64,000 bases of DNA from Podospora anserina (lineage: Eukaryota): NCBI GenBank assembly GCA_017654855.1, contig CM030333.1, forward strand, positions 4,030,001 to 4,094,000, read 5' to 3'. The position numbers were made by a program, and so were the translations under genes. The notes below the pieces were generated by a model. It saw only the letters and a program-made list of their open reading frames with translations, did no database searches and was not told where the DNA came from. This document shows positions 50,256 through 64,000 of the stretch, piece after piece. The first letter of the stretch is position 1; each line of letters starts with the position of its first letter.

Positions 50256-51714
50256 CTACCCATCTTGAAGCTGATTACTTGACGCAAGTCTTGTCCTCCA
50301 GTTCACAAACTCATCCGTTAAAATTCTTCCATGACCCGTCTCTTCGACCTTGAACAACTCGACAACCTTTGACTTCGCATCGAATCGAATCCTCCACACT
50401 CCTGACTGTTGAGGGTCGGCCTTGATTACTTGTTGGATCCCTATTGACATCACCAGTCAGTTGAAATGTCACCAAAAACAAAAAAACAAGAGAGAGCCTT
50501 AAAAGATAACTAACGGCCTTTAGAGATAATTCAAAGGCTTATTAATTTTCTTTCAAGGCCTTTTACTATATTATGGGAAGGGTAAGTAGATAGGTAGGGA
50601 GGGGGGCAGTAAGAAAATAAGGGCGCTCTGTGAAGGTTCTTTCAACAACAAAGATGGACAACTTACAATCCAATATCTCCGACGCAAAATTGACGCACAC
50701 CCACGGCATCCACGGCCACTGCCCGCCATCCCTCTCCCTCCTCACCCTCTCATCAATCTCCTTCGTCTCATACTCTTCGCACGAAACCAACATCCCCTTC
50801 TTATCCCTCCAACCAACAACAATCTTCGGCACCCCCAGCAAAAACGACTGTGCCCAAAACTTCATCAGCTTCTTGTTGAATTGGAACTTATCCCTCGGGC
50901 TCTGGATGACTTTGGACGTCTTCAGCTCAACCCAGTTGATCTTAGCCCCCGGCTCCTTTGGCTTCATATCCCATATAGCATCCACCTCCCCCCCAAAACA
51001 GAGAACCTTCCCCCCTATCTCTGACCTCACAACAGAGCAATACTGTTCCTTGTTGCTCACCACCTCGTCGCCCCTATTCTCAATCACCTCCCTGGACGTC
51101 TCCGCCCACGGCCGCGGTATCGTAGCCAGCGTCTCAAACTTGTAACCCCAAAACGTCATTTCTTCCTGTGATATTGGACCTTTCCACCCTGAATTCTGCT
51201 TGGCTTTCTTTTCGGCAGCAAAAACCCAGTTCTCTTCGATGAAGATGCAGTCTTGGAAGAGCGTGGCGTTCATTTCGAAGCCGTCGTCGTCGTCATACGG
51301 ATAGGGAGCGATCAGGAATTTGGTCATCATGCCTCGCCACGTGACGAACTTGGCGTCGATGGGCTGGTTGGTTTGCTGCTCATAGTGGGCGATGGCTGTG
51401 AGGAGGCTGTCGAGGTGCTCGTCTTGGCTGTCGTGCTTGTCGAAATTGTCGAAGCCGGCGGAGAGGTTGGCGGGGAGGGCGGGGGGTTGAGGTGGGTAGT
51501 ACCATTTGATAGAGGAGTCGTCGAGGCGGAGGTTGTGGTTCTTGTCGTAGGAGAAGCAGGTGAATTCCTGGTCGAGAAGTTAGTATGTTTATAGTGTGAA
51601 GGGGTGAGTGGTCGTCGGTCTTACTCTGGGTCTCTTAACGGGTGCTTGTGTGGTGGCTGCTGTGAGGCGGATGACATCGATGGGGAATCGAGCTACATTG
51701 CTGTTTTGTGCCAT
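50256..51714 (-). CDS. rai1: Rai1/DXO decapping exonuclease
   Basis: Exons 51714-51625, 51567-50667, 50440-50256. EFTCFSYD, VTWRGMMTK, WGYKFE, GGEVDAIWD, WVELKTS, KFWAQSFLLGVPKI, GHGRIL. Confidence 0.93.
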
Positions 51715-52378
51715 TTTGGGGAGAGGTGTTTGATGAGTGGCTGGTCAAACTAGGGATATGTCGTGCTACTGATGTCATCTACAACCCAGCACCTTAAAAT
51801 GATAGTGTTAAAAATTGTTAACTTGAGAGAAAGCCTCTCAAGATGCAAACGGGTTTGAGGGCGGGATGAATGAGTGTAAATCCGAGATAGCTTGGCTGCT
51901 GGCCCCAGCCCAAGGAAACAGCAATCCACTGTACCTTGCAGGCATATCAGGGAATAGCTTACAGCTTGAAGGTTGGTATACAGCAAGCCAAATCACGAAA
52001 TAATTGTACCGAATGACTGTTCAAGAATAGAGATTCTATGGATTCAAACTCATGACATTATTACAGGGCATCTATTAAACAAAGCGATCTAATGGCAGAT
52101 ACCAAGTACCTTGTTGAACAGGTACCCCTCGCGAGTGGATCCCCGCCTGCATTCCCGCAGCTGGGGGAGGTGCATTGCTTGACAGGGGCCAGACGGCAGC
52201 AGAGAATACCAACGACCATCAACAAGAGCTCCGACGACTTCACACATCACCATACTCAGGAACTCGGAGGCGCCGGCCTCACCACGCAGCTCGACTTGAC
52301 CCCATCACCAGAGAATGATCCGATAATGAAGAACGCTCGAACTCGGTAGCCAGCAGCCTAGGATCCTCGAATTACACA

Positions 52379-55300
52379 ATGGCCAACCGTTATGGCCAGT
52401 CGTACCGCAACGGCGGCAACTATGGAGGTGGTGGAGGAGGAGGAGGAGGAGGAGGAGGAGGAGGAGGAGGAGGAGGAGGAGGAGGAGGAGGAGGAGGAGG
52501 TTACGGCAATCTCAGTCGCCAGGACGAAGAGTACGACCCATACGGGGAGGGATATGGCAGCGACCGGTTCGCGCCGCCACCACCACGTCAGGCGGTGAAC
52601 CAAAGCGCAGCTCTAAACTCAAATTCAGACTCGGTCCAGTCTCGCTCCCGACAACCACCTCCGCCCTCACTCCGCAATGGGCCACCACCACGATCTGCCC
52701 AGCGTAACGAACGCGCCATGCAGCGATCCGCCCCAGAGACCAACGCCGAGCGCGAGATGGGGAGGGTGCTCGAGCTGATCAAGCAGGAATGGCCAGCCAT
52801 GCTGGAGAACGACTGCATCCCCGTACAGCTGGCGCTACAGCTGCTCGACACCAGCTCGGTCGGCCGCGCCCACGAATATCGCAATTTTCGCCAAACGCAC
52901 CAGTATCTGCAAGACTCGCTCAAGAAGATTGTCCACGAGTACCACCAGGGCTTCAACAGCTCCATCGGAACCTTCCACAAGATTCAGGGCAGCATCCAGG
53001 CCTCGCAGAAAAAGGTGCGCTCCTTGAAGGAGTCTCTAGCCACATCAAAAACGGCTCTATGTGCGACAGACCCGGAACTGAAAAAGCTACACGCGACATC
53101 TCGCATGTATGACGATGTGCTACAGACATTAAACGAGCTAGATGATTTGCGGACGGTGCCGGATCAGTTGGAAGCCAGAATATCCGAGAAGCGCTTCCTC
53201 ACGGCCGTCGAAGTGTTGCAAAATGCGTTGCGCAAACTAACGAAACCAGAATTGGACGGGATTGGGGCGCTGAGTGACTTGCGCAGCTATCTTGCCAACC
53301 AGGAGACGGCACTGATGGAAATCTTGGTCGAGGAACTGCACGAACATCTCTACTTGAAATCCCCCTACTGCCAGGAGCGGTGGCAGAATCTCACCAAACA
53401 CCATGGAGCTATGAACGAGGCATTCCAGGATACTTCCAACCTTGCCCCATTTCATATCATTTTCGAGTCCATCGATTGGGACCGGTCTGTGACTGAGGAT
53501 CCCCAAAAGAATCCCGAGGCCGATACTTTCTACTATATTACGCTCTTGGTTGAATCTTTGAACAGATTGGGCAGGTTAGAAACTGCCGTCGATATGCTGA
53601 AGCAACGACTGCCTGTTGAGCTCTTTGCTGTTGTCAACGAGACGATCAACGATATCGACCAGAAGCATCCTAGCTCATTACGTGGTGGATCGAACGGCTC
53701 TAACGGGTTACATATATATGGCCAGCGGGAGACCCAGATGAGGGCAGATGTCATCTATGACCTGCTCTGGACTCTCTATGGCAAATTCGAGGCGATCGCC
53801 GAAGGCCACCGTGTGTTCCACGAGTCGATCAAGTCCCTCATCCGACGTGAGGGAGCCGGCAACAATATTGCTCTTCTGGGAAGTTTCAAGGAACTGTGGA
53901 ATCTCTACCAGAACGAAATCCGCTCGCTGTTACACAACTATGTCACTACCGACGCTGATGTGTACCAGTTCCGCTCGTCACCGAGACCAGGCGGTGGTTT
54001 GAATGGCCATATGGACGCCAGGGAACACCTCTTCAAGTTCTCGGAAGCGGACGCCAAGTCGGCGGAGATGACGGCCGAGTATGAAGCACTGGATAATATT
54101 ATTCAGAATGCTGTCCCTGGTTTGACTTCCAATTCTGGAAAAAACAGCAAGAAGTCCACATTGGTTGTGCCACGGTCGGATGCTGCGGCGACAAGGAAGA
54201 GCTTGGGGGCTGGGTATGGCAGAGAGCAGAGCAGTGGGACATACAAGTCGCTTGTTGAGCCGAGTGTCTTCAACATGAGCCTACTGTTGCCACCGACGCT
54301 TGTCTTCTTGCAGCGTCTGAAAAGCATCGTGCCCCCTGGATCTGACCTGGCGACGAGCACGTTGACGTCTTTTCTGGACAACTTCCTTGTCAACGTATTC
54401 CAGCCTCAACTTGATGAGACTCTTGGCAAGCTCAGTGATACCGTCTTTGGGGAGGCGGATGCTTTCTTGCAAGACTCGGAATGGGCCCATCTCGCCAAGA
54501 GACCTATTTTCAAAGGGACAACCGCCTTCTTTACGGTCATCACAGCCTTCTGCCGCATGCTGGGGACGATCCCACATGATCAGGCTCTCAGTTCACTGAT
54601 CATCACTCAGATGTTGAGATACTACGACCGCTGCTTCAACTGGTACAAAGCTCTCGTCACCAAAACCCAAGAAGAAGCATCCACTTCCGAAGAGCTCCGT
54701 GCCTCGGCAGTCATGGCACTGGAACCTAGTGAGATCCACGACACGGTGATGAGCCTCTGGAAGGCAGAGACGTCGGGAGCAACAGAAGAGTTCGAGGAGC
54801 TTCTCCGAAAAGAAGCGGGCTTGTTGATTGCTAAAGCGAACGAACAAAAGCTGGAGGCAAGCGATATCATCCAGGACAGGGATACGATCTCGTCGCTGTG
54901 CCTGCTGTACACGAGCATGAAGTGGCTCACGGTTAAGGTTATGGGCCTGCGGCACATCACGAAGAACGAGAACGACACGTCGACCAAGCCGTCGGCGGCG
55001 ACGCTGCCGAAGCCGGAGAAGAAGAGGTGGACGTTGCTGAATGACCCTAATAAGGCCACGGCGGAGGAGGGGCCGGTGTACCTGCCTATGACGCAGGAGA
55101 CGGTGCAGTATGTTTTTTGTCCCTCCTCTTCGTCCCTCCTCTTTGTTTGGCTCAGTATACTAACATTTTGATCTAGATCCTTCGACAGCATCCTAACTTC
55201 CTACGAGGAACTCGCCTCCATAGCCCTCCGCACCCTTCACATGGAGGTCCGCTGTCGGATCGTCCACTCCCTCTCCCTCGCCCTTTCCCCTACCATCACA

Positions 55301-55852
55301 GCACCCTACACCCTCGACCAAATCGTCACGGAACCCGACCAAGAAATCTTGTCCCTCAACGCGGAGATGGTCGCCTACGATGAAACCACCACCCGGTATC
55401 TCCGCGAACGAGAAGTCCTCTTCATCCGCCGTGGACTGGGTCTGTTGATAAACGCCTATCTCATCAAGATCGCGCCCGTGGTGTCCCACCCGATGAACCT
55501 CAACGGCTGCGGGAGGATGAAACTGAACGTGAGGGTGTTGCAGCAGAACCTGAAGAACATTGAGGAAGGTGTGGACTTGGGGAGGGCGATGGGGTATTTT
55601 GAGTTGTTTGAGAAGGGGCCTGATGCGATTGTTGAGCGGGCGAAGCAGGATGCTGGGCGGCAGCAGGGGGGGGGGAGTAGCGAGGAGGGGGGGAAGAAGG
55701 GGGAAGGGTATAGCTATGATGAGCTGAAGGCGCTGCTGGAGCTGTGCTATAGTGAGCAGCTGGCTGATCGGGAGAGGGGGGTGGCGGCGCAGGCGAAGAG
55801 GCAGTTGGGGGAGAGGTTGTTGGGGTTGAGTGAGTATATGTGGCAGCAATAG
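52379..55852 (+). CDS. sec8: Exocyst subunit Sec8
   Basis: Exons 52379-55107 and 55177-55852 (GTATGT...ACTAAC...TAG). PVQLALQLLDTSSVG, IVHEYHQGFNSSIGTF, LVEELHEHLYLKSP, MKLNVRVLQQNLKNI match fungal Sec8. Confidence 0.93.
52424..52501 (+). repeat. (GGA)22 perfect repeat within a 26-Gly run in the Sec8 N-terminus
   Basis: gga ggt ggt (gga)22 ggt read directly. Confidence 0.93.
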
Positions 55853-58800
55853 TTTTTAAAGGGGGGTGTTTAAATTTTTTTGGGGGGGGTTATGGTATGA
55901 TAGGAATGAGAAATGGTTGAAATGTGAGCGGTGGTGTGTTTACTTGGTGATGGGTTTGAGAAGAGGTGCTGTGGCATTCTGGTCTGTGCAGTTGAGTATT
56001 TTACTCCAGGAAGAGAACCGTTATCGGAGTATGATTCGCTGGTGTAGAGCACGAAATATGTTGCTAAGTGCCTCCTTCAGACTTACAAGTTTTTCAAGTA
56101 AGGTTATGAGGACTTGACAGGAATCCTACAGCGAGGACTAGTGTGTGGCTCTGTCTCAGCCTTCACATCAACCTGACAGAGAATCAACTTGTAATGTTGG
56201 CGGGCTACTTACGCAAAACCCTGTGTCTTCGATAAGACATGAGGAGCTGTGTCTTAACAGCTCTTGTCTGACCTACGAAGTGCCATCTTGTACATGTGAC
56301 TTGCCTATACAGTAGTTATCACATGTAGCTATTCGGAAACGAACACCCTCGTTTGGTGTGAGGGTGACTCTTACACCTGTACCATGCCTCCTCCTAATGC
56401 TAGGAGTGTTCTGTGTACAAATATTAGAGAGACTTTAGCCCAGAGAGATGCCAATCTTCCACTGTCGACGGGAACACAGGCATATACTTATCGCCTTCTC
56501 TAATATCTCACTTCCTCATTGACTTCATTGATTCCTATAACTGCAAAATCATTGTCAAACAGGGGCAGAAAGATACATACTAACCAGTCACACTGCGGAA
56601 GCAGGATCCAGTACGATCTAGCAGGTGCCATTCTGACTCACCACTTTCTAGATCATCTGGCGTCAATCCATGAAGTTGGAACCTTGAGATAGAAGCTCTG
56701 TGTCTCTTGCCTCATGTTAGTTCGAGGAAGTTGTCATTAACACCAACAACACCTGATAGGAATCTGTGGACAACCACACGTGGGTAGATCTTTTGCTTTC
56801 TGTTTTAGTCTTGGTAGAGACTCTGGCAATTTGTTGATACATGTGCCCATCATTCACACCAGAAGAGCAGCGGTGACATATGATGGATATCAGCGCACTC
56901 GACATTGGAACCGAATCTTTTCGTCTCTATGCCCGTCGTAATTCAATCCTGTGGTGTGGGAGGTGTTGCTCCCGGTGGATTTCAGTCAGGTTGCTCCTAG
57001 GGCTTCTGCCCTGTGGCCCACAGGTCAGGTTTGTTGATAGGGATAGGTTTTTGCTCTCCGGAGCTGATTTTCGTAGTGCTGAACAATATCATCACTTTTC
57101 TCACAGTTCTGCTGGCGCCTCACATGTGGCCGGCACCTGACATGTACCAGCCACCATAGGATACCTAAGGTATCCAAAGCAACACCAGACCCAACAACAC
57201 TATACCTCCAAACCCTCAAAAACAACACCTCACCTTCGCCACCATCACCATATCCCCTCCCGCCCCTGACTAAGTCTCTTTCTCCCTCGGCACCAAAGTA
57301 AACAAAAACAAACCACTTCCCTTCCCTTCCCCCCGGCGGCCGCCCCTTTTCGCCTCCCCCCTTTCCCAACCCATCAACAATACCACCCTCGCCACCCGCC
57401 CACCCAACATCCGCCGACCCTCATTCCTCCCGTCATCACGTAACATTTAGAAGCCCGCGAAGCCTTCCATTCCAGCTGAAAGAAAGTTTCATGTTAATCA
57501 TCACATCACCCACCCCCAATCCACCTACCTCCACAGAAGAAAATTCGAACCTTCCACCCAAACTTCCCCTTTCAGCAAACAAGTCCGACCTCGCCGCAAA
57601 TGTTCGTTTTTCATCCTCATTCCAAAAGCTCAGGATAAATTACCCACCACACTTTTATTACGTACGTACCTAGTAACACGAGCCAACCACCCTAGATGGC
57701 TAGCTGGGAACAATTTACCTAACACCCTACCCCAGCTAAAGACCTGTAGATCGACTTGCCTAGTCTCCCCTCTATCGACCTGGAGAGAAAAACGCTAGAC
57801 CGTTCTCGCCGTCGTCAAAAAATATTAATAAAAAAACTAGCTGAGCACTGCTAAGGAAGGGTCTAAGATTTGTATGACCTCGTAACAGCCTCTGGACGGC
57901 CTTTGCTCTCGTGCCTAGATTTTGCTAGCCGGGGGTTCACTTTAGAGCTAATTGCTACCTAGGCACAGACAGGCATGCCACAGACCAAACTCCACGAGGC
58001 CAAGCACAAATGAAAACAAAAGGATCGAGACCCTCTCTTTCTTCAGAACAAGATCCCTTTAGCTAGCCCGCCTAGCGTGAATCAGATCGTCGTTTGACTT
58101 ATGGGGCAAGTGCGTGTAGATCAGGGTCCAATGGAAGTCCAGGCGTGCCGGGTGAAGATCTGAATAGCTTCCTTATTTTTTTCTTTTTTTTTCTTTCTTT
58201 TTTTGCGGAGAGCAGTCCTAAATTGGTAGTCAAGGGTTAATTATGAGGGCTGTAAGTTTAGTGCAGTTAGTGCCCCTCCGTATCTAGTTCCAAACTTTTA
58301 CTCTGGACAAAAAGAGAACGGTGTGAGTGTGAAGCAGCCTTTGGGCCTCGAGAACTGGCCTTCCTACTGCATACCCAAGGGGATAGGTAGGTAGTAGGTA
58401 TGTGAGTTTGTTCACACCGCTTTCTGTGAACAACCACAAAATTCTATCTCCGATACCTAGCTTATTAGTCACTTGCCATAGGTAGTAGGTACAGTACGCA
58501 ACAAGCATATGTAGGAACTTTCAACAAGCCTTGCCCCTTTCTATCTGCATTTGTATGGTGCGTGTGTATGTGTGTGTGTGTGTACGTATGTCTCAACAGC
58601 CTTTTCTTCCCCACCCTCTCTGCCTGCCGGAGCTCCATACATAGAAAGATTCACGGACATCTCTGCCGACAACTAGAGACAGCACCAAAGCAGCTGAGGC
58701 TATTGTAGACTAGAGAGCTGAAACTTTCAAGACAGCGACTCTCGCCTCGGCAGTCCATCCGGTAGCTTCGTAACAGCTGTCAGGTTAGGTATTGTCTGTG

Positions 58801-61800
58801 TGGTGGTGGTGGTGGTCGTTGACCCTACGTGATGCATACAGACAAGAATAGAGCCTCATCCCTTACATTCACGAGACGAGACAACACCACGATCCCTAAT
58901 CAACAACAAAAAGGAGTTTGCCACGACTGCCACGCCGACACTAGCTACGGTGAGAGTCTATAAAATCTTACGGCTTTAGACCATGTTCGAACACATCGAC
59001 GGCGCCGTTTTGGAAGATCGACGATCATTTTCACCGTTGATTGGGATAGGTTAGCACTACAACAATCTTGCATCATGTGCATCAGCTAAACCCCGGAAGG
59101 GGAAGGGGGAGGGGTGTCGGCAACAAACAACATCAAAGAAGCAAAGTCCTATCCGTTGCTGTTTTTGGATCCCATCGCGAATTCGATCTTTTGCTAGCTT
59201 CAAAGATGTCGGTGATTGTGTGGAGGGTGGGAAAGTTGAGATAAAAAGCCAAGACCCAAACTGACACCCGGGAAGCCCTTCCCCGGCGCCGTAGCTCCGT
59301 CGATCATCCGGAGAAATTACTCCACTCCATCCAGTGACAGACCGAGCTTAATACTTTGATATCAAAAAGCTACTCGACACTAGTAGAGAGACTCGAACAA
59401 CCGGACTTCGCAAGCTAGACCACTATCAGTCGTAGCGGCGACCGGTTGTCGGCACAGCGCGTTCAACAAGACCCTTCTCTTTGTTTGATTCAAAACAGAA
59501 GCCGGAAGAAAAGCAAAGGGCTAAAACTCGAGCAGTTGAAAAGAAACCACAAAAACTGGGGCCGCTATTCGGGTTCGATAGGCCAAGACATCAAGTAGCG
59601 TAAGAAAAGAGAAGAAGAAAGAAATGAGGAGGCGAAACAAGACATTGGGGGAAGGGAGATCAACCCCCTCCCTCAATCGCCGTGTGTGTGTACAGATCCC
59701 TCGGAGAACCCTTCAGCCTTTCCGGAGATGTCTCAAGCACGGACAGCTTGGAAAGATCCGCTTTTGGTGAAATAAGAGGCTAAAAAAGGACAAAAAAGTA
59801 AACAACAGTTCAAGGTTCCGGGGTAGAGCAAAGACGTCAACGTCGTCCAACGTCGGCGGTTCAGGGGCTGAAGCCATTGCGAAACAGATCTCAGAAACCA
59901 GCCCAAGGAAAGAAAAAGAAGCAAAACAGAGAAGTCAACCGAAGTCTCTTGACGGTTCTGAATACGGCCCCGCCCCCTCCTTCTCTCTTAACCCCCCACC
60001 GTGGCGATCACCAAAGCACGTTTCTGCTTAGCTTGTCGCGCTGAAAAGGGTTCTGGATTTCTTGACATCTCAACGGGCATATCCAAGCATCTTGGCAATC
60101 ATCCTTCATCGTCGTTAGGCTGGGAAGCTGAGAATACTCCAAGACAGATTACGGGACGATCTCTGTTCCTCCTCTGCTTGATGAATAATGTTTCGAAGCG
60201 ATCTCCTCCAAGCTATGGCCGGCCGGTCCGGTCGGTGGCCAGCCAGCCCGGCTTTTGCTGATGGCGGGAAAACAATAAGAGAACCCTCTCAACCAATCCA
60301 GAGTCGAATCAGGGATCAAAGATGAAAGGACCCTCTGCGGATAGATAGATCGGGGCCGAGGCGGCGGACCTGGTGAGAAGGCCCTCTACATTGAGAACAT
60401 CGATTGGACGAGATGCTGCTGTCACCATGACAGAAATTCCCCGTGGATCGTATCTAGCGGCTCCCGCGCGGTTGGGAAAACCTCGTGTAGTATTTGGCGG
60501 ATGGTGTGTGGGCGTATGTAGGTATGTGTGTGCCATCATTCGAGTAATAATTGATGCGTTGCTCGGCGCTCGGGGACCTGGGTATTTCCAGATGTGGGAG
60601 GCAAAAAAATAATAATTTTTTGTTGTCTGCTCCTGCTTTCCTTCCCCAACGAATTGGGCCTGTCGGGAGTCGTGACACGACGCAGCGAGAACGTGCTCTC
60701 TCCGTGATGCCAGGGCTCCTCCTGCCTGTGGTAGGTACCTCTACGCCTTGCATGCAGGTACCGAACGTCCGCAGCCAGTTGATGTGCTGGATCTCAGGAC
60801 GAAACACTTGGGTAGCAGCGAGCCGGGGCACGACTAGATTGTGCGTGCTGTGGTGCTGCTCGTTTTACTTGTCAATGCCGCCGCGACACCGCTTTTTATC
60901 AAGGTGCCCCTTCGGTATAGCTTCTGGTGGGCGGGTCGAGATGTTGATGTTTTGGGACCTGGTTGGCGTTGTGTTTCCCGTGTCTCAGCTGTCGTGTGTG
61001 GGTGGCGCCTGTCTCTCTCTCCTTATTTAACTGGCGGTTCCCACATCGTTGACGTGATAATAATGATGGGTGATGATTGAGGACTAGGAATTCGTCGTTG
61101 TAAGTGGCCCAATATGATGTGGCCATGTCCAGTAACAATGCCAGGTACGGTTCCGAGGTGCTCGGGGCTCCTAAAGGCCCGCGTATTTTCGATCTTGGCT
61201 TGCGGTATGTGAGATGGGCTTTCAGATTCCCGAGACGGCCGTGCGAGCATAGGAATTCGTTCCGACATCGTCGTCTCGCTGCGTCTCCTGGGCTGGTGCA
61301 GATGGCCTCTTGTGACTGCCACCTACGATACCGGAACGTCATGTCGGTGCCGTTGTATCGAAACGGGGGTTCTCTATCTCGCCCAGACTGGTTCGACATC
61401 ATAAAAAGGGAAAAAAGAGACGAAAAGACGCAATCCGCGCTAGGCGCTCAGGGGCCAGCCGCACCTTGATGGGCATCCCCATCTTGTGTTGCTGCACATA
61501 CATGCCCCGCCCCCCACCAAAGGAGCAGGTTTGGGGGTAAAAGAGAACATTCGACCCAATCCTGGCTGCGCAAGAAATGGAAGCCATGCATAACGTACTT
61601 GGGGGGTTCTTGTATTGAGGGAGTCCTGGTGTTTGCCCTCGTGACTGACCGCTCATACTGGATGGACCTATCGAGAGAGGTGACTGCGTCGAGGTTTGCC
61701 GCCGTCCTGTATGTATGATCGTATGCATCTGTGCGATTGCAACAAAAGATCTGCCTCTTGTTGTCGTTCCCGTGCCTGGCACTTGAGCCTAATCTGACAG

Positions 61801-64000
61801 TCAAGATTTTTTTTCTCTCTGATCAAAGAGAAAAAGGCTTTGATGTTTGGGCCTAGCTAGCAAGGCCTGGTATGCAACCGCAACAGAAAATGGCAAGGCG
61901 TGAGCTCAGGGGTGTCGTCTGGGCATCTCTTTGCTCGCCAAATCAGCGCTGCGCAGTTGCTCCCAAGAGCACGGGAGACACACTGGCATGTATCTGTCAA
62001 AATTGATATCTGATATCTCGTCCTGATACTCGCATCTTTTTGCTCCTTTCGTTTCCCACCGTGATCTTTTGGTGCCGACCTGCAAATCAGGGGCGCTCGA
62101 TGACAGCCATCTCGACTGGACGCAGCCATCAGCCGTTGGCGACGAGATCTGAGAGGCAGTGAGATCCTGCTTGTGACGTTGCCTGCCGACGCGTCTTGTG
62201 ATGAGTGGTGTAGCTCCCGCAACGGGGGCATCTCGAAATCAAGCACTGTGTGGCGTTTCTGACCCGCGGAGACGGGTACGGGGGAAGGGCCAGGTCCCCT
62301 CTTGAGTGGAAGGGCCATTTACAGCTAGCGGATGTAACCGATATCTCTACCCGGCCAATGGCAGCGCGGGAGCACGGAGACTGGAACGTGCTGTCGGGAC
62401 TGCCTCAGCTTCACCAGGCGAGGGGATCCCAGACAAGAGGGGGGAACTGAAGCAATTGCTTGCGAAGCTTGACAGACGCCATTTCATGGTCAACTTTGGC
62501 GCCACTGGTAGTGTGAAAGCACCTTGATAGACGGCGTCCTCCAGGTCCCCTCTAGTAGACCCCTCAGCGTTCATGTCGGACATTGTAACTGCTTCGCAGG
62601 TCAATAGCACGGAGCGGGCGCCTATTTACTGGTTTTTTCTCCCGAGCCGGTGTACGTTTGGGCCAGCACTCGGGCGAAATGTTTTCGTATGGCTTCGGAC
62701 TCGGGACAAGAGATGGCTGTCTCGGCGACCTCCCGATTGGAATACCATCTCGGCGCGGCGAAGACGCAGCGGGTATACACTGTGTGCTACACCACCTCAC
62801 TGTCTTCACTGTTCATCGGGTGTCGTGTAATGCTCTTGTGAACGGTTCCCAGAACAGAAAGAGGTTGCAACCCCCACGCTGCAGCTGTTAGTCATCAGTA
62901 AAAGGTCGATGACGAGCAATCTGGGAGGTATCTCTGCCCCTCATCCCTTTTCCTGGGTCTGGCGATACGTATCAGGTTGGCTGTCGACCCCACTATCATT
63001 TTTCAAGTTTTATTTCCGCGTCTGATGATGCCCAAGGTCGTATGGGGGCCCAAAATTGCAGTGACCACGCATTTCAAGCATTGCTTGCGAGGGGAGTGAG
63101 CTGTTTTATGTCCTGGCCAACGTTGGGGCAGCATGCCAACACGTGGGTTTGTCGTGCTGCTGACAGTTCGGTGTTTGAAAAGGTCATCCTCTTTGGGTCG
63201 GTATTCGAAGCGGCATGGTGTGGTGAAGACGATGTTGGGAGGCGTCGGTCCCGTGACTAGAGTGGTGATGAGGTTCTTTGGTGGCTGGTCAGCCTCACCT
63301 GTTCCCATCTCGCAGACCAACAAACAGTATCTACCAGTCTCTGGCCGTGGTGAAGGTAGAAACTTGATAGGTTTGATTAGTGGGTGACATCGTTTGAACT
63401 CGTGCGTTTGAGATACGGTACGGACGACATCTCGATCCCTATATCAAGGACCGCACACCTCCGCGATTCTCCGCACTACTGTACAGCAGACAAAGCCGGC
63501 ATGGCAAGATCCTAAAAGTGTGCTTCGCGGCGTGCATTGAGGTCCTGGCGAATTTAAAAATGAGGGGGGATGGTGAGGGTGCACCCACGTAGGGACGTCC
63601 CGCAAACCACAACGCTGGAATCAGCCCCTGCAAGGATTGGATATACAGGCTAGCCCTGAACCAGACATCCGACTGTTCGTGATGTGGAGAGCAGATGGTG
63701 TGCACAGTATCCGTCTTTTCAGCCAAAGGCAATAGTAGTCGAGAGGTAGGATTCAACTATGGGTGTAATCACACACACCATCGCGATGGACCGACTTTCC
63801 TCATATTTCCAGGCTCAGTCATTCTGCCCGCGTCTCGAGTGTTGGCAACTTGGAAACAGCAGCTATGAAGTCAGCGATTTCAAGAAAAGCCCACACTCGG
63901 CTCAGACCGATCAACAATCTCCTTTATCCCACTGGACTCGAATTTCAAAAGGCACTCGCGCATCTTGCTCCCCCCCCCCTTCGCTTACCAGGTCCTTGGC

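Noticed and set aside
59555..59590. GGTTCGA T-loop-like word as a tRNA
   Set aside because: No acceptor stem, D arm or anticodon arm can be folded around it.
1..64000. Intact transposon, secondary-metabolite cluster, meiotic driver or het/NLR locus
   Set aside because: No transposase, RT, integrase, PKS/NRPS, HET or NACHT motifs seen in any frame provided or read.

Overview
Eukaryotic, intron-containing DNA from a filamentous ascomycete. GT...CTRAC...YAG introns of about 50-100 nt and dispersed 5S genes point to Sordariomycetes; a Podospora-like Sordariales origin is my inference from gene style only. The window is mostly conserved housekeeping genes: get3 (runs off the left edge), HIU hydrolase, a hypothetical gene, sec61-gamma, a SAM methyltransferase, a caf16-like ABC ATPase, sid1 kinase, cyk3, an flx1-like carrier, tom7 (5 exons, missed by the ORF track), hsh49/SF3B4, cbp80, gsk3, vps68, smi1/knr4, rai1 and sec8. 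It also holds an intron-containing tRNA-Leu(CAA), two divergent 5S rRNA genes, and a tandem pair of small secreted-protein genes whose second copy is disabled. Two stretches (36.2-44.1 kb and 55.9-64 kb) have no recognisable gene. I found no CRISPR array, intact transposon or clearly new multi-gene system. The best leads are small: an in-frame, AUG-less upstream exon with a PTS2-like motif on HIU hydrolase; a 160-bp duplicated C-terminal coding block behind the hsh49 stop; a 13-unit RxxSP array in Cyk3 sitting head-to-head with sid1; and a possible poison exon in rai1. All exon boundaries were read by eye and are unverified.
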